The notes under the pieces: model-generated | What the model saw: the letters and a program-made list of their open reading frames with translations, nothing else | Told to the model about the DNA's origin: nothing | The model's database searches: none | Position numbers and translations under genes: made by a program | Source of the DNA: Selaginella moellendorffii | Lineage: Eukaryota > Plantae > Lycopodiophyta | DNA: 64,000 nucleotides | Assembly (NCBI RefSeq): GCF_000143415.4 | Contig: NW_003314286.1 | Coordinates: forward strand, 1,673,718-1,737,717 | Direction of reading: 5' to 3' | Part shown: piece after piece, positions 23,394-33,691 of the stretch | Numbering within the stretch: the stretch's first letter is position 1 | Layout of the letters: each line of letters opens with the position of its first letter

Positions 23394-23915
23394 CTACACT
23401 CTTGCTCTGCAAATTGGACAAGAGGTGCTCAGCGAGAGCCACTTTTGGATGCACGGCGAGTGGAAGCTGTGCGAGCATTTGAGAAACATCCGCTCGCCCA
23501 CCATTCGATGAGCAGGATCACCCTCCTCTTGCAATTCACCTAGGCATATAGCGCAGCGCTCGTCACCAATGATTCTTCTTGATCCCGCGGCGATGGAGAG
23601 CTGGATGGAACAATCAAGCATTTCCAAGAATGGCCTTTCTGTCCCGTGGCGAGCGGGAAGAACACCAGTGATCCTGTGCTCCTCCTCTCCGATGAAAAAG
23701 CTGTGCTCCAAATCGAGCTCAATCTCTTCTTCGCCACGGCAATTGAGAACTCCTGCCAGAGCTGCTAAGCTGAGCAACACGTAGGCAATAAGCATCGATC
23801 CCAGCGCTGCTACTCCAATTTGGATAAGAATGTAGCCCTTGGCAAACGGCAACAGCGCCATTGCCAGCAGTAAGCACACAAGGCTGGCGCCCATATCTTG
23901 CAGCATTTCAACCAT
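23394..23915 (-). CDS. Transmembrane RING-H2 E3 ligase (ATL-like)
   Basis: Two hydrophobic N-terminal segments followed by CAICLGEL...LKCSHSFHSPCIQKWLSLSTSCPICR; first in-frame ATG at 23915. Confidence 0.88.
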   Translation of the reverse strand: MVEMLQDMGASLVCLLLAMALLPFAKGYILIQIGVAALGSMLIAYVLLSLAALAGVLNCRGEEEIELDLEHSFFIGEEEHRITGVLPARHGTERPFLEMLDCSIQLSIAAGSRRIIGDERCAICLGELQEEGDPAHRMVGERMFLKCSHSFHSPCIQKWLSLSTSCPICRARV

Positions 23916-24342
23916 CTTCTTCTTCTTCTTGAATCTCCTTCTTTGCAAGCTAGTTATTTTGGAGGACAAGAAGCTTCAAATGCAGCCATTGAGTTCTCCT
24001 TCTTCTTTGATTCTGTCACTGGATAAATGGGATTCGTTGTAGCCAGGCGACCAGGATCACTGATCCTGATCTTTCCCCAGCGATTCTTCATTCACTCGCA
24101 ATTTGGCAGGATTATACAAGACTTTCAAAGATCGCGAGTGTCGCCAGTACTCTATACACTGTATCTGATATGTTTTCTATGAGTGTAATTTCACGCTGCA
24201 TTTATTTATGGACATCGTTTTAAAGAACCGATTTCAACCATGAACACTAAAGAAACATGCTAGTGTCAACGCTTTGATTTCTCAGGTGTTGAGAAGATCA
24301 TGTAAGTAAAAACTCTGTAATTTGCTACATGCCATAGTACAA

Positions 24343-26141
24343 TCAAAATGTTGGAAGAGGTTTTCCAGCTAGAAAGCTTTGGAACATTGCGAGCGCTGGG
24401 CCTGGTCGATCCGTGGGAACCATGTGGCCAGCTCCTCGAATCGTCGCAAACGTGAGACCTTCGTATACCTGAGTCCATCCTCCAACCTTTCAAACACACC
24501 CCCCATGTTATAATCGACCAATTGAAGTTAGAAACCAACCTCATCTTCGTAGTCCCACGTATACCAGGGCGTGTGTACGGTGAGATTGAGAGCATCGATC
24601 CAGCTTCGGCTTGATAGTGTGGACACAACGGAATCCCAATCTCCACTGGAAAGTAAAACCAGTGCTTAGCAGCACAAGACAAGTTAAACAGGTACCTGTA
24701 AATCCAGATCCTTATGCCGCTTGTAAGAAGTTTTTTGTACACAGGAAGCATAGAACCATCAAAATCTGACCTCGAATACGCAAAGTTGATAGTGTCGCTG
24801 CACAAAAACACGTTAAAAACTTGGACATTTCTTTGAGCGAATATTGATTTACCTGCACATACTCCAATCCACAGGACGCCTCGCGACATGCAGGGCTTCC
24901 TGAACGTCGTGCGAGTTCAGGAACGACGCTATCCAATCTTCGCAAGTATCGTACACTCTCCGCAGCAGATTCTTGTGAAGGTCGACGTCACGTCGACGGT
25001 TTCTCACCTGGATGGTGCAGTCGTCCCTGTACACGTTGTACGGGTTGATGAACTGCGTGAGCCTGTTGATGCCTTGGTTTGCGGCGCTGCACTTGGCGGC
25101 GTCACCTTTCGGCGAGAAACAGTTCTCCATAGCCTCGCTGTATATGTCGTCGGAGATGATCGAGTGTGTGTGCAGGAACTCGACGTTCCCGGGCAGCTCA
25201 AACTTACTGTCCGTCCAGGCATTGCCAATCTGTGGCATTTGGATCGATAGTGTGATCGAACTGACTTCAAGTAAGATTAGATCTAGCATACCGCGATTCC
25301 TTTGAAGTTTATGGAGCCGCCTTGAGAGTTGTAGCTCAGGATCTTTGATGCCAATGTTGGAATGTAATGCCCTGTGTCGCGTTTTTCAACACCACAGCTC
25401 TAAAGCATGATCCACTCTCGAGCTTACCTGCATAGCTCTCCCCAGTCACGTAGAAATCGTTCTTGGAATACTCTGGGAAAATTTTTAGCCACTCTATAAG
25501 AAACTGTAAATTCTGGTCGGCTGTAGAAACAAATTATCAAGTGTTAAGAGAATAACTGAAAAGAGGTTAACAAAACAAACCAGTGTTATCATCTGTATAT
25601 GAATCATCAGAAGAATTCGAGTATGAGAAGCCCACACCGGCAGGGGACTCTAGAAAAATGATATTTGCATCTGCAAGTAGAGATTGGCAATCTTGTTTGC
25701 CAGCAATCTATTAAATTTTGTATGATCTTACTCTTGTTCCATGAGTATGCGTTGAGCTTGAGACCATTCTGCGACGGCCGGAAAGGTCCGAGCTCGCCAA
25801 GAGCACCCGATCCGACCGAAGAACAACCGGGACCTATACAAGCAAAAGCTCTAGAGATTCTTAGCAAAAACGAACCACGTTTTCGTTCTTTCTTTACCTC
25901 CATTGAGCCACAAGACGAGAGGTAACGAAGATGGAGAGTTGCTAGTAGTGTCTGCCTCGAAAAACCAATAGAAGAGTGCCTTGCCTGACTTGATTGGAAC
26001 GTTTCCAGCGTAGTGTTTGAATCCAACTTGTGGCTGTCCCGGAAGCTTGGTGACAAGCTGAGATGGATCTGCTGCTAGAGAGAGTGAGATTGCCAGGATC
26101 GCAATTGTGGAAGCTGCAAGCAAAGAGCTTTGAGCTGCCAT
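24343..26141 (-). CDS. Serine carboxypeptidase-like protein (S10 family)
   Basis: Signal peptide, LPGQP, WLNGGPGCSS, GESYAGHY, IGN, GDWDSVV and GAGHMVP motifs over about 9 exons. Confidence 0.95.
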
Positions 26142-26588
26142 GATTTGTTACCTCTCTGATTGGTCTTAGTGACTTTATATATACATTTTAGTATGAAAGA
26201 TTCAGTACTCAAGAACACCTTACGAATCCATTCTCAATAATTTGTCGCCAGATGTTACAAGATTTATCCGTGGATGTTTATAAAGTAAGATTGATTCTTT
26301 CTTTGCTTGATTCTCCATTTGGAGAGATTACGCCAGCAAGATGGTCAAACTGGAATGTTTGACAACGCGACAAATCGGTGATTTGCAAATTTTAGTGATG
26401 CTTTGGCAAAGTTTTCCTCCATCACTTAGTAGATTTGCTCCGGCATTTCATCGAAGAGTCCCTTTGGCCTCTCTTTGCGGCGACAGATTATGCGCGTTCT
26501 GTGCGTAGAGCTCGTTCCACCCATCGCATCTAAGGCATAGCTTATCCGTTTTAAGCATTACGTATGGAAGCATATTCTCCTTCTTCCA

Positions 26589-28376
26589 ATGCCGGAAGCG
26601 CAGCACGACATCGCGCAGCTCATCAGGTCTTGCGGGAATTCCAGAAATCTCTTGAGGGCACAGGAGCTCCATCGCCGGATCCTTGCGGAAAACCCACGCG
26701 ACAGGTTTCTGGCCAATTTGGCGATCGAGATGTTTGGGCGATGCGGCAGCCCGGAGGACGCTCGTCGGGTGTTCGATCGGATTGAGAGCCCCAATACGTT
26801 CTCCTGGAACATCATGATCTCGGCATATGCCCACAATGGATACGCCACCGAGGCGGGAGAGTTCTTTGCCCGAATTCCCCGCCCGGACGTGATCTCGTGG
26901 ACGGCCATGATGAATGCATACGTGGAAGCCGGTGATCTAGCCCGAGCTAGAGTAATATTCGATCAAATCCCTGAGAAGAATCTTGTGTCGTGGAACGCAA
27001 TAGTCGCAGCATATGCCATAAACGGGCATTTGCAAGATGCTAAGAAACTCTTTGATAAGATGCCCGTGACAACGGTGAAGGCATGCACAGCGATGGTGGA
27101 GGCTTACGGATCCAACGGTGAGCTACATAAGGCACTCCACGTGTTCGAATCTGCGCCGGACAAGGACACCATCCTGTGGAACGCAATGATCCAGGCATTC
27201 ATCCACAACCAGAATATTCCCCAAGCCAGGAGGATCTTCGAATCGATGCCCAGGAGAGATTCCTCATCCTGGAACACGATGCTGGCCGGCTACGCGGGGG
27301 CGGGCGATCTGGGGCAGGCCAAGTGGATGTTCGATGCCAATCCGACCAAGACCGTTGTTTCGTGGACGGCCATGATCACGGCGTACGCCTTGTACGGACT
27401 CATGGAAGCCGCCGTACGCATGTTCCGCGCGATGCCGTACAAGGACGTGGTCGCCTGGAATGCGATGCTCCAGGCGTTCGCGGACAATGGGGATCTCCAA
27501 AGCGCGCAGACGATCTTCCACCAGATCGATCGCCCGGATCCGGCGTCCTGGAGCGCGATGATCGCGGCGTATGCCCAGCACGGGCATCTCGACGACGCGC
27601 GGCGTGTCTTCGATTCCATCCCGGCCAGATTGCTGCGCCGCAGCGTCGTGCCGTGGAACGCGATGCTGGCGGCCATCGCGCAGCTCGGCACCGCAGCTGC
27701 GGCCGTGGAGTTCTTCTCCCAAATGCCCACCAAGGACGTGGTCTCGCACACGCTCGCCATCGTCGCGCTCGCGCGCAATGGCGATTTAAACGATGCCAGG
27801 AGAGTTTTCGATGCGATGGAGAGGCGAGATCTCGTCGCTTGGGCCGCGATGCTCGCGGGCTACGCTGGAAATGGGCGATTGGACGAGGCCGAGGCGCTGT
27901 TCCAGAGAATGCCACAGAGCAGCGTTGGATCGTGGAGCGCTGTGATCCAGGCGTGTGCGCAAAACGGGCAAGGGGAGGCGGCGCTGGATTTCTTCCGGAG
28001 GATGGAGCAAAGAGGAGTGGAAGCTGACGCGCTGGCGATCATGGGAGTTCTCGCGGCGTGTAGCCATGTTGGATCGGTGGAGGAAGCCTGGTACTATTTC
28101 ACGTCCATGGAGATTGACAGGGGGATCCTTCCCAAGTTGGAGCACTACCACAGCATGGTTGACGCGCTGGGACGGTCTGGCAGGATGAGAGAGGCCGAGG
28201 AACTTATCCACACCATGCCGTTCCTTCCAACTTCTATATCGTGGACGACGCTTCTGGGAGCTTGCAAGATCCACAAAAACGTCGAGCTTGCGGAGCTTGC
28301 TGCGGAGAACGCTCGCCGGCTCCAGCCACAGAACATTGCGTCCTACGTGCTGCTCTCGAATTTGATTACTGCATGA
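26589..28376 (+). CDS. PLS-class PPR protein with E domain, no DYW
   Basis: 595-aa intronless ORF, PPR repeats, ACSHVG...HYHSMVDALGRSG...MPFLP..SWTTLLGAC...SYVLLSN. Confidence 0.93.
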   Translation: MPEAQHDIAQLIRSCGNSRNLLRAQELHRRILAENPRDRFLANLAIEMFGRCGSPEDARRVFDRIESPNTFSWNIMISAYAHNGYATEAGEFFARIPRPDVISWTAMMNAYVEAGDLARARVIFDQIPEKNLVSWNAIVAAYAINGHLQDAKKLFDKMPVTTVKACTAMVEAYGSNGELHKALHVFESAPDKDTILWNAMIQAFIHNQNIPQARRIFESMPRRDSSSWNTMLAGYAGAGDLGQAKWMFDANPTKTVVSWTAMITAYALYGLMEAAVRMFRAMPYKDVVAWNAMLQAFADNGDLQSAQTIFHQIDRPDPASWSAMIAAYAQHGHLDDARRVFDSIPARLLRRSVVPWNAMLAAIAQLGTAAAAVEFFSQMPTKDVVSHTLAIVALARNGDLNDARRVFDAMERRDLVAWAAMLAGYAGNGRLDEAEALFQRMPQSSVGSWSAVIQACAQNGQGEAALDFFRRMEQRGVEADALAIMGVLAACSHVGSVEEAWYYFTSMEIDRGILPKLEHYHSMVDALGRSGRMREAEELIHTMPFLPTSISWTTLLGACKIHKNVELAELAAENARRLQPQNIASYVLLSNLITA

Positions 28377-28437
28377 TACGAGATCGAAACTTTGAAACGG
28401 TGCAGAACCACACGAGAACGAACCTGTTTGTGTAGTT

Positions 28438-30916
28438 TCACTTTGGAGTGGCACAGATCTGGCGGGTGATCGTTCCGTTGAATAATGCACACGCCTGAAA
28501 AAAGAAAGCTTTTACTTCTGCCTGGAACAAAGTCTCAACATACCAGCTTCGCACTAAGTCCGATCTTATGAAGGTCCTGGAGCTGAGAGTTTACACGTAT
28601 ACCACCGTGAGTTAGTATGTGACATTTGCTAGCAAGTCTAACCTCCTTGATTGGCGATTTCTCATTTTCCCGTAACTGTAGTATGTAGTCCGCTCTCTTT
28701 TCTCCAATACCCTGTGAGGTGCTACTGCTTAGAAAGTGTTACAATTTGTTAAAACTCGAGCACACCTTAAGCGCCAGCAATTCCTCTCTATAAACCGAAA
28801 GATCAGCGAGTTAAAGCTCATGCAAGAGCGAGTCAATACAAAAATGAGTACCTCTTTCCTCTGTTTAAGACTTGGATGTATTCCTTCATTAATGTATCCT
28901 GTCCAGTTTTTGTATGGTTAGAAAGACCGAGGAAGGGTAAGCGGCAGTTTTATTACCTGGACAAGCTGGCTTCGCATGTTAAGCTTTTCCAATGGTGTCT
29001 GGCTCGAGGACGAGTCAGGCAGGCACTGGAAAATGGGACTTAGGTCGAAACTTTTTTCGTGATTGGATGGAAGAGGAGAAAGCGCCTCACGCATGGAAGT
29101 TCCTAGACAACGAAGCTTTGCACTGAGCGGAGGAGATTTCGGGCTCCCGAGGTTGAAAGGAGAAGTTGGAGCCACGTTTTCTTTCTCGATTTCTTCTGCA
29201 TCACAGTGGAGTTTCGGTGGCGAAAGCATTACAATTTTTGTACCTGTAAGTGCTCCAGTCTGAAACGTAGGCAGTTCTTTAAAAACTTGGAATTTCAAGC
29301 CCGTGTCTGTCCGGAACCGGCTGCAAAAAATCGAAAGAGTCAAACCATAACCCGGTACAATTCTTCACTGCTGAACCTGACTTCTGATTCCTCTTTGCAA
29401 GATTTTTGCAGCGATGACTTTCCCTTCAGACTCGCTGGGGTGGATCTTTGCAATGGGGAGAATAACCTGGCTGGAGATTTTGCGCAGTTCTTACTTCTTT
29501 CCTCTCGCCAAGCTTTAAGTTTTACTTCCATGTCAACTTTCTCGTGTGGATTGTCTTCAGCGAACTTATTCACTATCTGTCTTGACTTTGCGGCAAGATT
29601 TAAGGTATGTATAGCTTCTTGATACGAGCCCGGGTTCTACTGAATATAAGGTTTAGTACGAAAGCATTTTGTAAAATTGCCAGCAAAACTTACCAGGCAT
29701 GCAATCATAATGGCACAGCTTGTTCCTCCCAGAGAGTCTTGCAAGATTCGTGTCAGCTTGCTGTCCCTGTATGGTATCCTAGTTTCTTTCGAGTTCAGCG
29801 CACAAATCACGTTTGAAAGAGCAAACAATGATTGATTGATACGACTGCTTTCGGCCAAACGGACACCTTCATTTCCAGACCGACGATTGTCCTCGTTTCC
29901 TGAGACATAAGGCAAATGCATTGAAAAACTTAAAACATAGAGATCGTTAGAAGCGATGCCGTACCTGCAAGATCAATAAGGTTGAGCTTCCCGACTGCCA
30001 TCTTCTCGATGTTATCCAGGTTTCCAGTTGTTACTGACACAGTCAATATGGCATGACTTCGACTAGAAACGTCATTTAGTTCAGTCTGGCCCGTCTTACG
30101 GCCGGAACAGCCTTTTAAATACACCGCTTGAAACTCCTCGATATCTTTAACAAGAACCTGTTTGAGAATTGAAGCTTTGAACAAACGACGAAAGGGACAA
30201 GGAACTATGCCTTACCTGGGATAAACCGCGAAGCTGAATATGTCCGTGGATATCATCCATCACAGAAACTTCCATTCGTTTTGGTTCCAAAAGGTCATAG
30301 CAGCGATCCATATATATCTCACAGTATGATACATTTACGGTGGCCTCCACCGCATTTGCTATGGAGAGGATTGCTGCCATAGTTAAGGGAATGAGCCCAT
30401 CTTTTCCCACTCCCTGGAGAGGAAAAAAAAGAAGAAGAAAAACTTGATTCATTCACAAGGAAGAAACAAGAGAAACCTCACCTGCATTGTGTGGGTTTTG
30501 CCACTGCCAGTAGCTCCATACACAAAAACCGTAGCGTTGCAACCACGGAAAAGTATCGGAACGATTGGTTCCATCTCCATCTTAAATATGTAGCTGATAT
30601 GGTCCTCGGCTCCATAGCAAAAGTCGAGCTTGTAAGTCTCTCTCCTACTGTTAGACAAAGAGCACACAAAGTTGCCAAGAAAATGGAAGTTTATCCTCTT
30701 TCCTTACCCAGTGATCTCGTTCTTTATGTGAAGACTACTCGATTCCGTGTCATTGTCCCTGCTAATGCCAAGACAGGAATTCTCGCCTTCTTCCGCGGAC
30801 AGGAACGGCCGGATCCGGCAAATCACGCGAATCCTCGAGCTGGGCGCGTTCCTGGCGACCCTCGCAGGAGTCCCCACTAGGGATTTGCCGGGCGTCCGGA
30901 CCCTAGGGCTCAACAT
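28438..30916 (-). CDS. Kinesin-10 family (KID/KIF22-like) motor with C-terminal helix-hairpin-helix
   Basis: IRVICRIRP, YGATGSGKTHT (P-loop), NDVSSRSH, LIDLAGNEDNRR, IPYRDSKLTRILQDSLGG; C-terminal GIGEKRADYILQLRE HhH motif; about 10 exons. Confidence 0.92.
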
Positions 30917-31075
30917 CCTGGAAGATCTTTGAAACAAGAGGAGAGATCCAGCGCTAGAAATCGCTTACCAGCTTGAGTAATTGAAAGAGTAGCGATCGAG
31001 CGCCTCTTGGTCAGCGTCCTCGCCGATCTCTGCTCACTCACAGCGATTTGAATTCCAAGGCGCCATCGCAACGAG

Positions 31076-31085
31076 GGCCGTTGGA
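31076..31085 (-). promoter_or_regulatory. MSA (mitosis-specific activator) element TCCAACGGCC upstream of the kinesin
   Basis: Exact match to YCYAACGGYY, 160 bp upstream of the kinesin ATG; consistent with G2/M genes; motif match only. Confidence 0.45.
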
Positions 31086-31267
31086 TGGAAACCGGCATAT
31101 TCCAGCGATCGAGAGCCGCGACTAATTATAAGATTAGCATAAAAGTAACCCTTTCCTACGGTATAAAAGCGAGAGGGGGTTGCCATTGGCTAGGCTATCG
31201 GCTATTCGGCAATAGGTTTTTGAGAGGAGAGAAAGAAGAGAGAAGAGAAGGGAAGAGATCAAGAGAG

Positions 31268-31668
31268 ATGGCACGCACTGAGGGATGTGGCTGCGCTACT
31301 CCATGCCCTTGCGGCGACGCTTGCAAGTAATCTCTCTCGCCCCCTCTCCCTTTTGCCCAAGCTTTAGACACTAATCGCTGCGTGTGCTTTCATCTATAGG
31401 TGTGGGATGGACAAGGAGAAATCGTCCGCTCCAGGCGCTGAGACCTCATCGTAAGTTTGGATCGTGCTCGAATTCGCGGCCCTTTTCAACCTTTTGATTG
31501 ATGGCTTTGGCTTTGCGCAGATCGTTTTGCAGCTGCGGCGAGAAGTGCAGCTGCGACCCTTGCTCGTGCTCCAAGGTGAGCGCCTCGGGCGACGGCTTCT
31601 GCAAGTGTGGCAGCGAGTGCAAGTGTGACAAGTGCTCCTGCGCCAAGTCGGTGGTGGCGAGGGCGTGA
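31268..31668 (+). CDS. Metallothionein, type-4 (Ec)-like, 85 aa, 18 Cys, 3 exons
   Basis: Spliced: MARTEGCGCATPCPCGDACK|CGMDKEKSSAPGAETS|SSFCSCGEKCSCDPCSCSKVSASGDGFCKCGSECKCDKCSCAKSVVARA; TATAAAA at 31162; only exon 1 appears in the ORF track. Confidence 0.92.
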
Positions 31669-32004
31669 ACCAAGTGTCCTGAGCGTACTCCATGTAAGAG
31701 GAAACATGTGTTCCCTGTTGTCTAGAGGACAGTTTATAAAAGCTTGTACTTTCTAGCTTCTTATGAATCAAACAAAAGTTCCATCGTTTTCCTTATCACT
31801 TTTCCTTAAGTACATTACATGTTTTAAGCCCACATCAAACTCATCATAAAATTAAAAGATCAAACATGCATATCACACAGCCAAAACATTTCACTCTCAT
31901 AGTCAACGGTCAAACCCAAAATGTCAACGGTCAGTTCTAATATTAGGGCTCTTAAAATCTAGGATCCCTAAAACGCGCGGGTTTCTTGAATCTAGGGCTG
32001 GTGT

Positions 32005-33408
32005 ATGGAAGAGAGGCATGGCGCACGGCCGCAGCACCAGGTGAGTAGTAGCTCCGGGGGATCCTACGCGCATCCGCCGGAATGCCGCATCATCGACCTC
32101 CCCCCGGTGGTAATCCTCGAGATTTTCCGGCATTTGGACCCGCGGGAGCTGTCCGTGGTGGCGTGCGTGTGCCCGCTCTTCCGCATCCTCGCCTCGGACA
32201 GCCACGGCTGGAAGGAGTACTACTGCGAGCGATGGGGGCTGCCCGGCGCCGTCGCCCCGGCGCACGAATGGAAGCAGCTCTATGTCGCCAGGGAGACGCG
32301 CTGCAAGGCGCTGCTGGGGCGGTTCAAGCTGGATCTTCTGTGCGGCCACACCGAGACCGTGAGGGCGGTGAGGTTGGTCCCGGCCAGGAACTTGGTGGTG
32401 TCTGCCGGATACGACTCCTCGGTGAGGATCTGGGATGTGGGCGATGGCCTCCCGGCGGCGTGGTCGCAGCCGCTGGGCGAGACCATTCGGGCTGTGGCGG
32501 TGGACGGTGAGCTCCTGGCTGTTGGTGGGAGCTCCGTGGTGAGAGTCTGGCACGCCAGCCCGGGTTGCTCCCACCTGTTTGATCTGGCGAGGAACTCGAG
32601 CGGGCGGTTCCTGCGGGGACACTCGGGTCCCGTGACGTGCCTGGGCTTAGACGCTAGAGCTCTATACAGTGGTTCCTGGGACATGACCGTGAAGATCTGG
32701 AAGAGGCACCGGCTGGAGAAGTTCTCGCAGAGCTTGCACCACTCGGACTGGGTCTGGGGGCTGGTTGCTCGCGGGGAGTGTGTGCTGAGCACCTCCGGCA
32801 GTGATGCTTACTCCTGGGACGTGGAAACCGGGGCTTTGCTGAGGTTCCGGCCTTGCGTCCATCGAGGCAATGCTCTTGCCGTGGAAGGCAGCCGGACTGG
32901 AAGCTTTCTCATCACTGGCGGAGAGGATGGGGCTGTGCGGGTGTTCGACAACAGGATTCCACCGTCGGTGACTCTGGCAGGAGAATGCAGCGAGAATGAC
33001 GCGGTGGCGGCATGGCTTCCCCACTCGGCCGCGGTGAATTCTCTAGCTTTTGACGATCCTTCGCTCGTCTCGGCCTCGGCGGATGGCTCCATAGCTCTCA
33101 TGGACCTGAGGCACGTCATGAGGAAAGGAAGCATCAAGTCGAGAGCGGCGGCCACGGTGAAGCGCCCCTACACTTGCGTGGTGAAAGGAGACACGGTGCA
33201 AAGGATGCTGTCCAGCGGTGGCTCTTGCGCTTACTCGGTGGACATTGGCTCGGACAGGATTGTGAGTGCCGGGGAGGGGACGGCGATCAAGGTCTGGGAC
33301 TTCTCCCAGGCTCTCGAGTTTGAGAAGAAAACACAGGCGCTTCGAAGCGTCCGGAGAGAGCAGAGAGCTCAGCGGAAGCTCGCGATTAAGAACAGGAGAA
33401 AGGAATGA
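32005..33408 (+). CDS. F-box / WD40-repeat protein (intronless)
   Basis: IIDLPPVVILEIFRHLDPRELSVVACVCPLFR F-box; GH...SAGYDSSVRIWD and GHSGPVTCL...SGSWDMTVKIW WD repeats. Confidence 0.93.
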   Translation: MEERHGARPQHQVSSSSGGSYAHPPECRIIDLPPVVILEIFRHLDPRELSVVACVCPLFRILASDSHGWKEYYCERWGLPGAVAPAHEWKQLYVARETRCKALLGRFKLDLLCGHTETVRAVRLVPARNLVVSAGYDSSVRIWDVGDGLPAAWSQPLGETIRAVAVDGELLAVGGSSVVRVWHASPGCSHLFDLARNSSGRFLRGHSGPVTCLGLDARALYSGSWDMTVKIWKRHRLEKFSQSLHHSDWVWGLVARGECVLSTSGSDAYSWDVETGALLRFRPCVHRGNALAVEGSRTGSFLITGGEDGAVRVFDNRIPPSVTLAGECSENDAVAAWLPHSAAVNSLAFDDPSLVSASADGSIALMDLRHVMRKGSIKSRAAATVKRPYTCVVKGDTVQRMLSSGGSCAYSVDIGSDRIVSAGEGTAIKVWDFSQALEFEKKTQALRSVRREQRAQRKLAIKNRRKE

Positions 33409-33691
33409 CTAGTAGGTGGTGCCAGGAACTTTGGTTCAGCGATAAAGGGGATCGACTACACAAAGTTGGTAACGCTCGAGATCGATCTCAACTCACGGAC
33501 ATTATTTCAAAACAAAATGGTCTTGAAGATCATGCTTCTGGAGATCAGTCTCCATTAAAAAAACAAATTTTCTCAATTCTTACCGAAGATGTAACTCGAA
33601 GATCATGCCTCTGGGAATAAGGCTTCCAACAAAAAACCAAAATTTTCAATATCTTAGAAGTATCAAAGCGAAAGAACACCTTGTACGTGAG

